Shown: positions 23,091 to 33,274, numbered from the stretch's first letter. The stretch: 64,000 nucleotides of DNA from an uncultured delta proteobacterium (GCA_963766715.1 CAVYBH010000008.1:288001-352000); one strand, 5' to 3'. Program-made: numbers and translations. The notes: generated by a model from the sequence alone, not told the origin.

Positions 23091-24022
23091 ATGTCCACAC
23101 GGAACGGGAGCACCACGACGAGGTCCCCGGGGCGCAGCGCCCGGAGGGGGCGCGCGACCTCGGACGCGGGCTGAAGGACTGGTTCCACGGGTTCACGCCC
23201 GCGGGGGCCACGGCCATCGCCGTGACGCTGGTCCTCTCGGTCGCCGCGGCGGACCTCTACACCGGCCCGGGCGTCGACGTGACCCTCCTCTACCTGGGGC
23301 CCATCGGCTTCGGCACCTTCTTCGCCGGGCTGGGCGCGGGAGCGGGACTGGCGGTGCTCGCCGCGGCCTGCTCCGTGGAGACCTCCCGGCTCTCCGGCGA
23401 GGCCATCGCCCCGGCCGTGGTGGCCTGGAACGCCGCGCAGCAGCTCGGCGTCTTCCTGCTCCTCGCCGGCGTCCTCGACGCGTTCAAGAAGCGGCTGCTC
23501 CACGAGCAGCAGGCCGCGCGGACCGACTCGCTCACCGCGCTCGCCAACCGGCGCGCCTTCGTGGAGGCCGCCTGGGTCGAGCTGGAGCGGGCCCGGCGCC
23601 ACGGCCGGCCGCTCTCGCTCCTCTACATCGACTGCGACGACTTCAAGGCGGTCAACGACCGGCTCGGCCACGTGGGCGGCGACGCCGTGCTGGCCGCCGT
23701 GGGCGGGACGCTGCGCGAGGCGGTGCGCGGCCACGACACGGTCGCGCGCCTGGGCGGGGACGAGTTCGGGATCCTCCTCCCGGAGATCGACGGCCCCGGC
23801 GCCGTGGCGCTCGCCGAGCGGCTCCGCGACCAGCTGCGGGAGACCCTCTCCGGCCGCTGGGACCGGGTCACCTTCAGCATCGGCGTGGCCACCTTCGCCT
23901 CCCCGCCGGCCTCGGTGGACGAGATGATCCTCCGCGCCGACGAGCTCATGTACGAGGCCAAGCGGTCCGGCAAGGACGGCTGGCGCGCCGAGACCTGGGG
24001 CGCGACGGAGACCGCCGCTTGA
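23091..24022 (+). CDS. Membrane-bound GGDEF diguanylate cyclase (start uncertain; probable 5' frameshift)
   Basis: TM helices, then TDSLTALANRR, IDCDDFKAVNDRLGH and ARLGGDEF. Confidence 0.88.
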
Positions 24023-25147
24023 GGCTCGTCGCCACCTGCGCGAGCGGGACCGAGGGCGCGGTCCGCAAGGAGCTGGCCCGGCTGGGCATGCGCCACGCCA
24101 AGGGCGCGCGCGGGGCCGTGTCCTTCGAGGGGAGCATCGACGACGGGATGCGGGCCTGCCTCTGGTCGCGGACCGCCATGCGGATCCTGGCCCCGCTCGC
24201 CAGCTTCCCCGCCCCCGACGCGGCCGCCCTCTACGAGGGGGTCCGCACCGTCGACTGGTCGGAGTGGCTGACCGTGAAGACCACGCTCGCGGTGGACGCC
24301 ACCGGCACGGCGCCCGGGCTGCACCACGCGGGCTTCGTCGCGCTGAAGGTGAAGGACGGGGTGGTCGACGACCTGCGCGACCGGCTGGGCGGCCGGCCCG
24401 ACGTGGACACCCACGACCCCGACGTCCGCATCGTGGTCCACCTGTCCCGGGGACAGGCCGAGCTGTCGCTCGACCTCTCCGGCGCCCCCCTCTACCGGCG
24501 CGGCTACCGGACCTCGATCGAGGAGGCCCCGCTGAAGGAGACGCTGGCCGCCTCGATCCTGGCGCTCGGCGGCGTCGACCACGACCTCCCGTTCCTGGAT
24601 CCGCTCTGCGGCTCGGGGACCCTCGCCATCGAGCACGCCATGGCCGCCCGCCGGATCGCGCCCGGGCTCCGGCGCGCCTTCGGCTTCCAGCGCTGGCCGC
24701 GCTACCGGGGCGAGTGGCAGTCCGCCTGGGACCGGCTGAAGGAGGAGGCGCGCGCCGCGGCCCTTCCCGCGGCCCCGGCGCCCATCCGGGCGAGCGACAT
24801 CTCGAAGGACGCGCTCGAGGCCGCGAGGCGCAACGCGCGCGCCGCCGGCGTGGACGCGGACGTGGTGATCGAGCAGGTCGAGGCGCGAACCATCCAGCCC
24901 TTCGGCGAGCAGCGGCACGATCTGCACCAACCCGCCCTACGGGGAGCGGATCGGCGGCCAGCCGCTGCAGCTGGCCGGCTTCTACCGCGGGCTCGGCGAG
25001 GCGTTCCGCAGGTTCCACGGGTGGAGCGTGGTCGTGCTCTCCGGCAACCCGCTGCTCGAGCGGAACGTCGGGCTCCGGCCCGAATGGACCCACTCGCTCT
25101 GGAACGGCCCACTCGAGGTGAAGCTCCTGCGGTTCCTCGTCCCCTGA
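24019..25147 (+). CDS. THUMP-domain RNA methyltransferase, RlmL-like (frameshift near 24915)
   Basis: SLDLSGAPLYRRGYR, APLKETLAA, DPLCGSGT, then TNPPYGERI and LWNGPLEV after the shift. Confidence 0.88.
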
Positions 25148-25262
25148 GGGTCCCCGCCCCTCATCTTTCCCGGTCGCGACAGCGGACCCTCGATTAGGAT
25201 ATCCGGGCTTTTTGGCCCACCCGCACGGGTCGTCCCGGCGGGATCGAGAAAGAAGGAACCCC

Positions 25263-25886
25263 ATGAAGTCGATCCTCCGCGCCTGCGCGTCCACGGTCGC
25301 GCTCCTCGTCCTCTCCTCCTGCGCCACCACGAACCTGGTCCAGACCTGGCGCGACCCGAACTACCAGGCCACCCCGGTGAAGCGGATCTTCATCGTCGGG
25401 ATCATGCCCAACGACACCTACCGCGTGTCGTTCGAGAACGCGCTGGCCCAGTCGCTGCAGTCGAAGGGCTTCCAGGCCGCCACGGCGTCCAGCGTCTTCC
25501 CGCCCGGGCAGCTCGACAAGGAGAAGGTCCAGCAGTACGTGAGCAGCAACCAGGTCGACCTGGTGATCGTGCAGCGGCTCGCCAAGAAGACCACCGCCGA
25601 GTACGTGCCCCCCACCGTCTCCTACGTCCCGCCCGCGCCCTACTACGGCGGCTGGTACGGCGCCTACGGGTACGGCTACGGCGCGGTCTACTCCCCCGGC
25701 TACATCGACGAGCAGACCACCGTGATGGCCGAGACCAACGTCTACTCGACGAAGACCCAGCCCGAGCTGCTGGTCTGGAGCGGCAACTCCGACACCTTCA
25801 ACGTCCAGGACGCCCAGGGCGCGGCCTCGTCCCTCTCCGCCGCGCTGGTCGGGGACCTCATCAAGGCCGGGATCCTGGTCAAGTAG
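25263..25886 (+). CDS. Lipoprotein of unknown function (DUF4136-like)
   Basis: Lipobox LSS-C; Tyr/Gly-rich YYGGWYGAYGYGY segment; LLVWSG..T near the C-terminus. Confidence 0.75.
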   Translation: MKSILRACASTVALLVLSSCATTNLVQTWRDPNYQATPVKRIFIVGIMPNDTYRVSFENALAQSLQSKGFQAATASSVFPPGQLDKEKVQQYVSSNQVDLVIVQRLAKKTTAEYVPPTVSYVPPAPYYGGWYGAYGYGYGAVYSPGYIDEQTTVMAETNVYSTKTQPELLVWSGNSDTFNVQDAQGAASSLSAALVGDLIKAGILVK

Positions 25887-25888
25887 CG

Positions 25889-26659
25889 ATGCGCCCCACA
25901 TCCTGGGACGTGTCGCCGCGCTCGTGGCTGCGGCCACGGTGTCGCTCGCCTGGCCCATCGACACCTTTGGTTGAGGCGTCTCCGCGCCCGTGGGTCCCAC
26001 GGCAACGGCTCGCAGCCTCTGTGACGCGGACGACTCGGCCCCGGGGAGCCCGGCGGCCGAGCCCCGGCCGTGGCGTGTGGCGGCCGCCTACGGGTGGCTC
26101 TCGTCCTCGCTCCGCTTCGGGGACGTGACGGCCCCGTTCGATCAGCGGAGCGTGGCGGTCTCGGTCTCGCGGAGCCTGGGCCCGCAGTGGACGGTCTCGG
26201 CCGGCGCGGGCGCCGTCGTCTCGGGGAACATCGACGCCGGCGGCGTCTCCTACCGGATGGACCCGGGCTGGCTCGCCCGGCTCGGCGTCTCCTGGCTGCC
26301 GCTCGACGGGAGCGGCCCCTGGCCCTTCCTGGCGCTGTCGGGGAGCCTGGCAGCCTCGGGGGTGCAGACCACCGGCCCGGACGGCGTCCAGGCGCCGCTC
26401 ACCTCGCTCGACGCGGGGCTGTCGGTGAGCGCCGGCAAGTCGATCGCCGGCATCGTGGCGCCCTACGTCGGGGCCAAGGTCTTCGGCGGCCCGGTCTTCT
26501 GGCAGCTCGCCGGCGCCTCCACCACCGGCACCGACGTGAGCCACTGGCAGGTGGCCTTCGGCCTGGCCGCGAACCTGCCGTTCGGCATCGACCTGCTCGC
26601 GGAGTGGGCGCCCTTCGGCGCCCAGTCCGCGGTCGTGCAGGCCGGCTGGACCTTGCTAG
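25889..26659 (+). CDS. Predicted outer-membrane beta-barrel protein with in-frame UGA at 25972-25974 (candidate selenoprotein)
   Basis: Frame HILGRVAALVAAATVSLAWPIDTFG-[TGA]-GVSAPVGPTATARSLCDADD...; amphipathic strands follow. ATG 25889 joins this frame with one added C in the CCCC run, and removing one base near 26655 gives the barrel-type ending AGWTF*. Confidence 0.62.
25972..26019 (+). promoter_or_regulatory. Candidate bacterial SECIS element
   Basis: Upper stem CCGTGG/CCACGG (25988-26002) capping GGTC at UGA positions +22..+25; extra pairings CCG/CGG and GAGGC/GCCTC. Confidence 0.65.
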
Positions 26660-27963
26660 TTCGCCTTCAGCTTCTCCAGCCGCCCCTCGAGCCGCTTCAC
26701 GAGGCGCGGGTTCTGCTGCGCCGGCGGAAGCGTCGAGGCGAAGGCGATGGCGTCCCCGAGGGCCTTCCGGGCCCCGGCGACGTCGCCCTTCGCCTCGAGG
26801 ATGGTGGCCCGCTGGGCGAGGACGCGGACCTTGCGCGGCCCGTAGGCGAGCGGCAGGGCTCGCTCCGACGCGGCGAGCGCCTCGTCCGGCTTCTTCAGCT
26901 CGAGGTAGAGCAGCGCCAGCCGGTAGGGCGGGTTGTAGTCCTGCGGCGCGGCCTTCTCCGACGCGAGGAGGAGCGGGACCGCGCGCGCCGGGTCGTGGAG
27001 CTCGAGGGCGGCGCCCACGATCCAGGAGTCGAGCATGGTGCGGGCCTCGGGGGTCTTGCCGGCGTCGCGCTCGGCGACGAGGAAGCTCCACCACTCCTCG
27101 GCGCGGGCCTTCGCCCCCTTCTCGTCGCCGGCCTTGCGGCGGGCCGTGACGAGCTGCTCGTAGATGCCGGCCCGGTCGTCGGCCAGCACGCCCGGGAGCT
27201 TCACGGCCTCGGCCGCGAGCGGCTCGAGCCTCGCCGCGGCGCCCTTCGCCCAGGGCTCGTCCGAGTCGTTGGCGCAGGTGAGCCCCATCGCGACGACGTT
27301 CGCGAACGACTGGCCGCGGGCCATGCCGGGCGCCTCCGTGGCGGCCACCTCGGCGCAGCGCTCCGGACGCCCGGTGGTCTGCAGCCCGGACACGAGCGAC
27401 TCGAGCGTGCGGGCCCGGCGAGGCCAGCCCGGACCGCCCTTCGCGAGCGCCTTCTCCCAGAGCGCGACGGCCTCCGCCGTCCGCCCCGCGCCGCTCTCGC
27501 GGTCGGCCTGGGCCAGGAGCGCGTCGGGGCCTTCGCCCTCCCCGCCCTTCACGGCGCGCTCCCCGTCGGCAAGCAGCGTGGACAGGTCCGCGGCCGTGGC
27601 CGTGCCCAGCCACCGCAGCACCGGCTTCTCGGTGACGGGGTCGATGACGAGGAACGTCGGCCAGACCTCGATGGGGAACTTCTCGAGGAACCCGGCGTTG
27701 CCTTCCTTCTCGGTGTCGATCTCGAGCCAGACGAACCGCCCGGCCATCTTCACGAGCGCCGGGTCACGCAGGACCGTGGCGCGCATGAAGTTGCACGTCT
27801 TTCACCAGGGGGCCCAGGCGTCGACGAAGACCGGGACCTTCCGGGCCTTCGCCTCGGCGATGGCCCTCGGCCAGTCGTCGGAGATCCAGCCCGGGCCCTC
27901 GGCCGCGGCGAGCGCCGGGGCGAGGAGGAGGGCGGCTACGAGGAGGGAACGGGACGAGCGCAT
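26656..27963 (-). CDS. Exported thioredoxin-fold plus TPR protein with UxxC (selenocysteine at codon 54, TGA at 27802-27804)
   Basis: ATG 27963: MRSSRSLLVAALLLAPALAAAEGPGWISDDWPRAIAEAKARKVPVFVDAWAPW-[TGA]-KTCNFMR, continuing in frame into ORF 26656..27786 (cis-Pro loop WPTFLVID, TPR-like helices); 435 aa. Confidence 0.88.
27764..27804 (-). promoter_or_regulatory. Candidate SECIS hairpin downstream of the thioredoxin UGA
   Basis: mRNA UCAUGCG (+17..+23) pairs with UGCGUGA (+35..+41, two G-U pairs), enclosing CGCCACGGUCC. Confidence 0.45.
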
Positions 27964-28044
27964 GGGGCGGGAGTCTAGTCTCGCGCCGTCCCGGAGGCCA
28001 ACCGTCCGCGGGGGCTCGCGTCGGCCGGGACGGTGGGCCGGGGT

Positions 28045-29886
28045 TCACCGCCCGAGAACGCCCGCGGCGACGAGCAGCGCCACCAGGATCCCCATCAGGC
28101 TCTCGCCGGCGATGAAGCCGGATGCCACCGGGACCACGGTCTGGTCGGCGAGCGCCGGGCGGCGGCGCTGCAGCCAGGTGGCCACCGCCGAGCCGAGGAA
28201 CATGGCGATGGAGTTGTTGGCGGGGATGACCATGGCGATCCCCAGCCCGGATGGAGAGGGCACCCAGGGGCGCCAGCTCCGGGGCAGGAGCTTCTCGGCG
28301 AGCACGAGCAGCACGCCGAGCGCCGCGCCCACGGCGATGGCGACCCGGGCGGTCGGATGCAGCGAGCCGAAGCCGGAGACGAGGACCTTGGAGACGCCGG
28401 CCCAGACCTGCGACGCCGGAGCGGGGAAGGCCTGCGAGCCCAGCACCGAGGCGTCGGGGACGAGCAGCGCGAAGGCCGGGACGATGGTCGCCGCGCCGGC
28501 CACGACGCCGATGAGCTGGGCCGCCATCTGCTGCCGGGGGCTCGCGCCGAGAAGCCACCCGGTCTTGAAGACGGTGAGCAGGTCGGCCGAGTGGAGGCCG
28601 ACGCCGCCGGTGGCGTTCGCCCCCATGACGTTCGCCTCCATCCGGCCGGGCAGGAGCCCCCCGTAGACGAACTGGGTGAGCGGCCCGAGCGCCTTGGTGG
28701 GCGTGATGTCGGTCTCCCCCGTGACCCGCGCCGCGACCACCGCCATGACGAGCGCGAGCGGGAGGGTGAGCGCGCCCATCCACCACGGGATCCCGAAGAG
28801 GCGCGACATGAGCCAGACCACCACCGGCCCCACCGTGAGGACCCCCATGACGAACCAGGCCCCGGGGATCTCCACCGCGGCGATGGGATCGCCGCCCGTC
28901 CTCTCGCCGCGGCGGAAGAGCGCCGCGATCTCCCGGAAGGATCGGGCCACGCTCTCCCACTGGAACGCGAAGGAGAGGAGCCCGGACGAGACCAGCATCC
29001 CGGCTGCGCCCCAGAGCGACCAGCCCACGATGGCCCGATAGCTCGCCACCGCGACGATGCCCTCGCGGACCAGCCAGGGACCGATGAAGCCGTAGGTGAC
29101 CACCGCGCCCAGGAGCATGGAGGCCGTGGTGCGGATGCCCATGAGCGCACCGCCGCCGAGCATGAGCACGCTCGTCTCCAGCGAGAGCGTCCACCGGGCC
29201 GCCGGCAGCCCCGCGATCGTGAACGGCAGCCCGATGGCGTCGGGCAGGTTCCACGGCATCCATCGGGCCTTCACGTCCTTGAGGAGCGCCACCGCCACGC
29301 CGACGGCGCTCGCGCCGGCCAGCCAGCGGGCCTTGGTCACGCCCTCGCCACTGCGGGCGTGGAGGGCGCGGATGGTCTCGGCCGTGGCGGTCCCGGTGGG
29401 GAACGGCAGCGCCTCGACGTTCACCAGCTGGCGCTTCACCGGGATGGCGATGAAGACCCCGAGCGCGGCCACCGCGGCGAACCAGAGGAAGAGCCACGGC
29501 CCGGGCGGCGCGGCGCCGGTGAGCATCATCAGGGCGCCGAGCGCGGCCAGGTTTCCGCCCCCGGTCATGTACCCGGCGCCGGAGGCCACGGAGGCCATGG
29601 CGTTGTTCTCGAGATCCCCGAACTCGCGGCGGGAGAGCCCGAGGCCCCCCAGCAGCCGGAAGAGGGCCCAGGCCGCGATGCAGGCGGTCAGGGTGACGCC
29701 CAGGCTCCAGCCGGTCTTCAGCACCACGTAGAGGTTGGAGAGCGCCATGACGGCGCCGAGCAGCACGCCGACGCCGATGGCCCGGAAGGTGAGCTGGGGA
29801 ACGCCCGGACGGTAGACCTGGGTGAGCCAGGCCTGCTCCGGATCCTTCCTCTCCCGGGCGGGCTCTCCGCCACCGTCCCGCGCCAC
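28045..29886 (-). CDS. OPT-family oligopeptide transporter
   Basis: QLTFRAI, NLYVVLKTGW, LENN, LPFPTGTATAE, GETDITP, FKTGWLLGASPRQQ, SGFIAGES. Confidence 0.92.
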   Translation of the reverse strand: MARDGGGEPARERKDPEQAWLTQVYRPGVPQLTFRAIGVGVLLGAVMALSNLYVVLKTGWSLGVTLTACIAAWALFRLLGGLGLSRREFGDLENNAMASVASGAGYMTGGGNLAALGALMMLTGAAPPGPWLFLWFAAVAALGVFIAIPVKRQLVNVEALPFPTGTATAETIRALHARSGEGVTKARWLAGASAVGVAVALLKDVKARWMPWNLPDAIGLPFTIAGLPAARWTLSLETSVLMLGGGALMGIRTTASMLLGAVVTYGFIGPWLVREGIVAVASYRAIVGWSLWGAAGMLVSSGLLSFAFQWESVARSFREIAALFRRGERTGGDPIAAVEIPGAWFVMGVLTVGPVVVWLMSRLFGIPWWMGALTLPLALVMAVVAARVTGETDITPTKALGPLTQFVYGGLLPGRMEANVMGANATGGVGLHSADLLTVFKTGWLLGASPRQQMAAQLIGVVAGAATIVPAFALLVPDASVLGSQAFPAPASQVWAGVSKVLVSGFGSLHPTARVAIAVGAALGVLLVLAEKLLPRSWRPWVPSPSGLGIAMVIPANNSIAMFLGSAVATWLQRRRPALADQTVVPVASGFIAGESLMGILVALLVAAGVLGR

Positions 29887-29934
29887 TAGGGCTCCCGTCC
29901 CGCGGACGGATTCCGATCGAACCGCGTCGAACGA

Positions 29935-29980
29935 GGCACCCGGGACGCTCGCATGGTGCGCGAGTCTAGTCCCGGGTGCC
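29935..29980. repeat. Inverted repeat / hairpin between the DPTWP gene and the OPT gene
   Basis: GGCACCCGGGAC (29935-46) and GTCCCGGGTGCC (29969-80) form a perfect 12-bp stem with inner CTCGC/GCGAG. Confidence 0.5.
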
Positions 29981-30018
29981 CGGGGGAGCCACCTCGTGGC
30001 GAGGGGGTGAGTGCGCGG

Positions 30019-30412
30019 CTACTTCGAGGCGACGGTCGTCCTGGCCGGTGCGGCGCGGGGAGCCGGGGCGGGCGTCGCGGGCTGGGAAGCGGCCATGCCG
30101 GCGGCGGGGGCCCTCATCTGCGGCCAGGTGGGGTCGGAGTAGACGGAGCCGGCTCGCGACGTCGGAGGCGGCCACGCCGACGCCCGGAGACTGGTAGTTG
30201 GCCGCCAGCCAGGGCGCGACGCCGCCCGGGGAGGGACGCTTGCCGGTCTCCGCGGGGCCGTTCAGGCCGATGCCGGGCATGAGGTTGTCGAGGTTCGGCC
30301 AGGTCGGGTCGCTGCACACGGTGCAGTCCTTGGCCGGGTCGGCGGCCAGGGCAGGGGCGGAGAAGGCGGCGAGGACTGCGGCGAGGGCGATGCGGCGGTT
30401 CCAGTGGTTCAC
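30019..30412 (-). CDS. Small secreted protein with CxxC and two SDPTWP repeats (frameshift near 30150)
   Basis: AAAGGAG RBS; signal peptide ending ALA-A; DCTVCSDPTWP; corrected frame GSVYSDPTWPQMRAPAAG...TVASK*. Confidence 0.65.
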
Positions 30413-30430
30413 GGTGACTCCCTTTGGTTG

Positions 30431-30476
30431 AAGGTGACAGTGTCAACATAGAGATCGATGTGGACGGTGTCAACTT
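30431..30476. promoter_or_regulatory. Two tandem palindromic operators, probably bound by the adjacent TetR
   Basis: AAGGTGACAGTGTCAACAT and ATGTGGACGGTGTCAACTT (core TGACA-G-TGTCA) in an AT-richer divergent intergenic region. Confidence 0.7.
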
Positions 30477-30494
30477 CATTCTGCATGGGCTAGG

Positions 30495-31181
30495 ATGGCT
30501 CCCGTGAAATCCCCTTCGCGAACGGGCTCCCGGGCCTCCCGCCCGCCCCGGCGCGCGGTGGCCAAGCGGGAGGGGACCTTCCACCACGGCGACCTGGAAT
30601 GGGCGCTGCTCGAGGCCGCCAGCCAGCTCCTCGAGAAGGAGGGGCCGCTCGGCGTCGGGCTCCGCGCCGCGGCCCGGCTGGCCGGCGTCTCCCACAACGC
30701 GCCCTACCGCCACTTCCAGAACCGCGAGTCGATCCTGGCGGCGCTGGCGGCCCGCGGCCTCCGGGAGCTGGCGGAGCGGATGACCGCCGCCGCGAAGGGC
30801 GGACGCGACGCGCGCGAGGCCCTCACCGCCATCGCCGAGACCTACCTGAGCCTGGCCGCCGAGCGCCCTTCCCTGTTCCGGCTCATGTTCGGGCCGGAGG
30901 TGGCCGACAAGACCCGCCACCCCGAGGTCCGGGAGGCGGGGCTCGGCGCCTACCAGATCCTCATCGACACCATCGCCGAGGGGCAGCGCACCGGCGTGGT
31001 GCGGTCCGGCGACCCCGCCGAGATCGCGCTCGGGCACTGGGCCGCGGTCCACGGGGCGGCGTCCCTCCTGGTGGACGGCGTGCTGGCGGAGCGGGCGCGC
31101 GACCTGGGCGGGCCGTCGGGCCTGGCCCGCATGGTCGCCGAGCAGGTCCGGCTGGGCACCGAGCCGCGCCGCGGCGGGTGA
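30495..31181 (+). CDS. TetR/AcrR regulator with WHG-type C-terminal domain
   Basis: FHHGDL, LRAAARLAGVSHNAPYRHF, WAAVHG; the true start may be GTG 30504. Confidence 0.92.
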   Translation: MAPVKSPSRTGSRASRPPRRAVAKREGTFHHGDLEWALLEAASQLLEKEGPLGVGLRAAARLAGVSHNAPYRHFQNRESILAALAARGLRELAERMTAAAKGGRDAREALTAIAETYLSLAAERPSLFRLMFGPEVADKTRHPEVREAGLGAYQILIDTIAEGQRTGVVRSGDPAEIALGHWAAVHGAASLLVDGVLAERARDLGGPSGLARMVAEQVRLGTEPRRGG

Positions 31182-31313
31182 CGTCCCCTCCCTCCTCCGA
31201 GCGATTCCTGGACGCGCTGCGCAATGCGGCCGGCCAGCGCAGGCGTTAACGTCGCCTGGCCGCCCACCCGCCCGGGCGGCCAGCGACGAGAACCCAACGC
31301 AGTGGAGGTCGCC

Positions 31314-32505
31314 ATGGCGCTCCGGATCCTTTCCGCCGCACTGCTTTTCCTCTCCGTCACGGCCGGACCGGCCCATGCGGCGCCGGTGCCGGGCGTCACC
31401 GACACCGAGATCACGATCGGCATCACCGGACCGCTGTCCGGGCCGGCCGCGGCCTGGGGCACGATCGCGCTCGCCTCCGAGGCCTACGCGGCCCACGTGA
31501 ACCAGCAAGGGGGCGTGCACGGGCGAAAGCTGAAGATCGTCCTCAAGGACGACGGCTACAACCCCGGCCGCGCGGTGGCCAACTTCAACGAGATGAAGGA
31601 CTCGGTGTTCGCGGTGATCGGGACCGTGGGCACGGCCGTGCTGAACGCCAACAAGGACCTGGTGGCGGAGGCCGGTCTCCCGCTCGTCTACCCGCTCGGC
31701 AACGTCCAGGTCTTCGCCAAGCAGCCGAAGGAGAAGGTCCGCACGGTGTTCCAGGTCTACCCGGACTACGCCGACGAGGCGGAGTTCCTGGTCGGGCAGG
31801 CCGCCAAGCTGGAGAACGTGAAGAAGCTGGGCTTCTTCGGGCAGAACGACGACTACGGCAAGCAGGGCCTGGAAGGCGCGAAGCGCGGCCTGGCCAAGAA
31901 CCCGGGCGTCTCGATCGTGGGCGAGGTCTTCTACGAGGTCACCGATCGCGAGCTGGGGACGCAGGCGCTGAAGCTGAAGGACTCGGGCGCCGAGGCCGTG
32001 CTGCTCTACGCCACCCCCACCCACGCCGCCGGGATCGTGAAGGAGATGGCCAAGGTCGGCTACCGCCCGAAGATCTTCGCCTCCTTCACGCTCTACGACC
32101 GCGACACGATGTTCCGGCTGCTCGGCGACCTGTGGGAAGGGGCCTACTACGACTCGGCGCTCGCGCTCCGCGGCGAGCCGGCGGCCGACAGGATCATCGA
32201 CGTGGTCGTGAAGAACGACCCCAAGCTGAAGGGGCGCGAGGGCTTCTGCGTCCAGGGCGGCGCCGACATCCTCGTCCTCGTCGAGGGGCTGAAGCGCGCC
32301 GGCCGCGACCTCACCCGCGAGAAGTTCCTGGCCGCGATGGAGTCCATCAAGGACTACCAGGAGGAAGGGCTCGTGCCGGGGATCACCTTCGGCCCGGGGC
32401 GCCACCACGGCCTGAACGCCGTCCGGCTCATGCGCGCCGGGAAGGCCACCGATCGCCACGCCCAAGCAGATCACTCCCTGGCAGACCTTCGCCCCGCTCT
32501 TCTAG
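31314..32505 (+). CDS. Liv-type ABC transporter substrate-binding protein (frameshift near 32460)
   Basis: GGAGG RBS, signal peptide, PGVTDTEITIG, GGVHGRK, DDGYNP, QNDDYGK. Confidence 0.9.
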
Positions 32506-32515
32506 GGATCCGTCG

Positions 32516-33274
32516 GTGGGGGACCGGCTGCTCGAGGTTCGCGACCTCACGCTGAGGTTCGGAGGCATCACCGCCCTCGGCGGGGTCGACCTCTCGATCG
32601 AGGAGGGAGAGACGCTCGCGGTCATCGGGCCGAACGGCTCGGGGAAGACCTCGCTCTTCAACTGCGTCACCGGCCTCTATCGCCCCACCTCGGGCAGCAT
32701 CGCGTTCCAGGGGGAGAGCCTGCTCGGGCTCTCCCCCGACCGCGTCACCGCGCGCGGCGTGGCGCGCACCTTCCAGAACCTGCGGCTCTTCCTGCACATG
32801 ACGGTGCTCGACAACCTGATGCTGGGGCGCCACCTCCACTTCCGGAAGAACCTGGCCGCGGCGGCCCTGCGGCTGCGCGGCGAGGAGGTCCGCCACCGGG
32901 CCAAGGTGGAGGAGATCATCGAGTTCCTCGACCTGGAGGCCTGGCGCGACTCGCGGGTGGCCGGGTGCGCCTACGGCGTGCAGAAGCGGGTCGAGATCGG
33001 GCGCGCGCTCGCCACCGAGCCGCGGCTGCTGCTCCTCGACGAGCCGGTCTCCGGGCTCACCGCCGAGGAGAAGGAGGAGGTGGCCTACTGGATCCACGAG
33101 ATCCGGGGACGCTTCCACGTGACCGTGCTCCTCGTGGAGCACGACCTGCGCGTGGCCTCCCGCCTCTCCGGACGCATGGTGGTGCTCGACCGCGGGGTGA
33201 AGCTCACCGAGGGGACGCCGGAGGAGGTGCAGCGCCACCCCGGCGTGATCCGCGCCTACCTGGGGGACCAGTGA
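32516..33274 (+). CDS. ABC ATPase, LivG-like
   Basis: [35 protein letters not shown]. Confidence 0.92.
   Translation: MGDRLLEVRDLTLRFGGITALGGVDLSIEEGETLAVIGPNGSGKTSLFNCVTGLYRPTSGSIAFQGESLLGLSPDRVTARGVARTFQNLRLFLHMTVLDNLMLGRHLHFRKNLAAAALRLRGEEVRHRAKVEEIIEFLDLEAWRDSRVAGCAYGVQKRVEIGRALATEPRLLLLDEPVSGLTAEEKEEVAYWIHEIRGRFHVTVLLVEHDLRVASRLSGRMVVLDRGVKLTEGTPEEVQRHPGVIRAYLGDQ

Noticed and set aside
25990..27978. 662-aa ORF appearing to extend the barrel across the thioredoxin gene
   Set aside because: Beyond about 26655 it is the antisense of the thioredoxin-TPR gene; one extra base likely hides the true WTF* stop.
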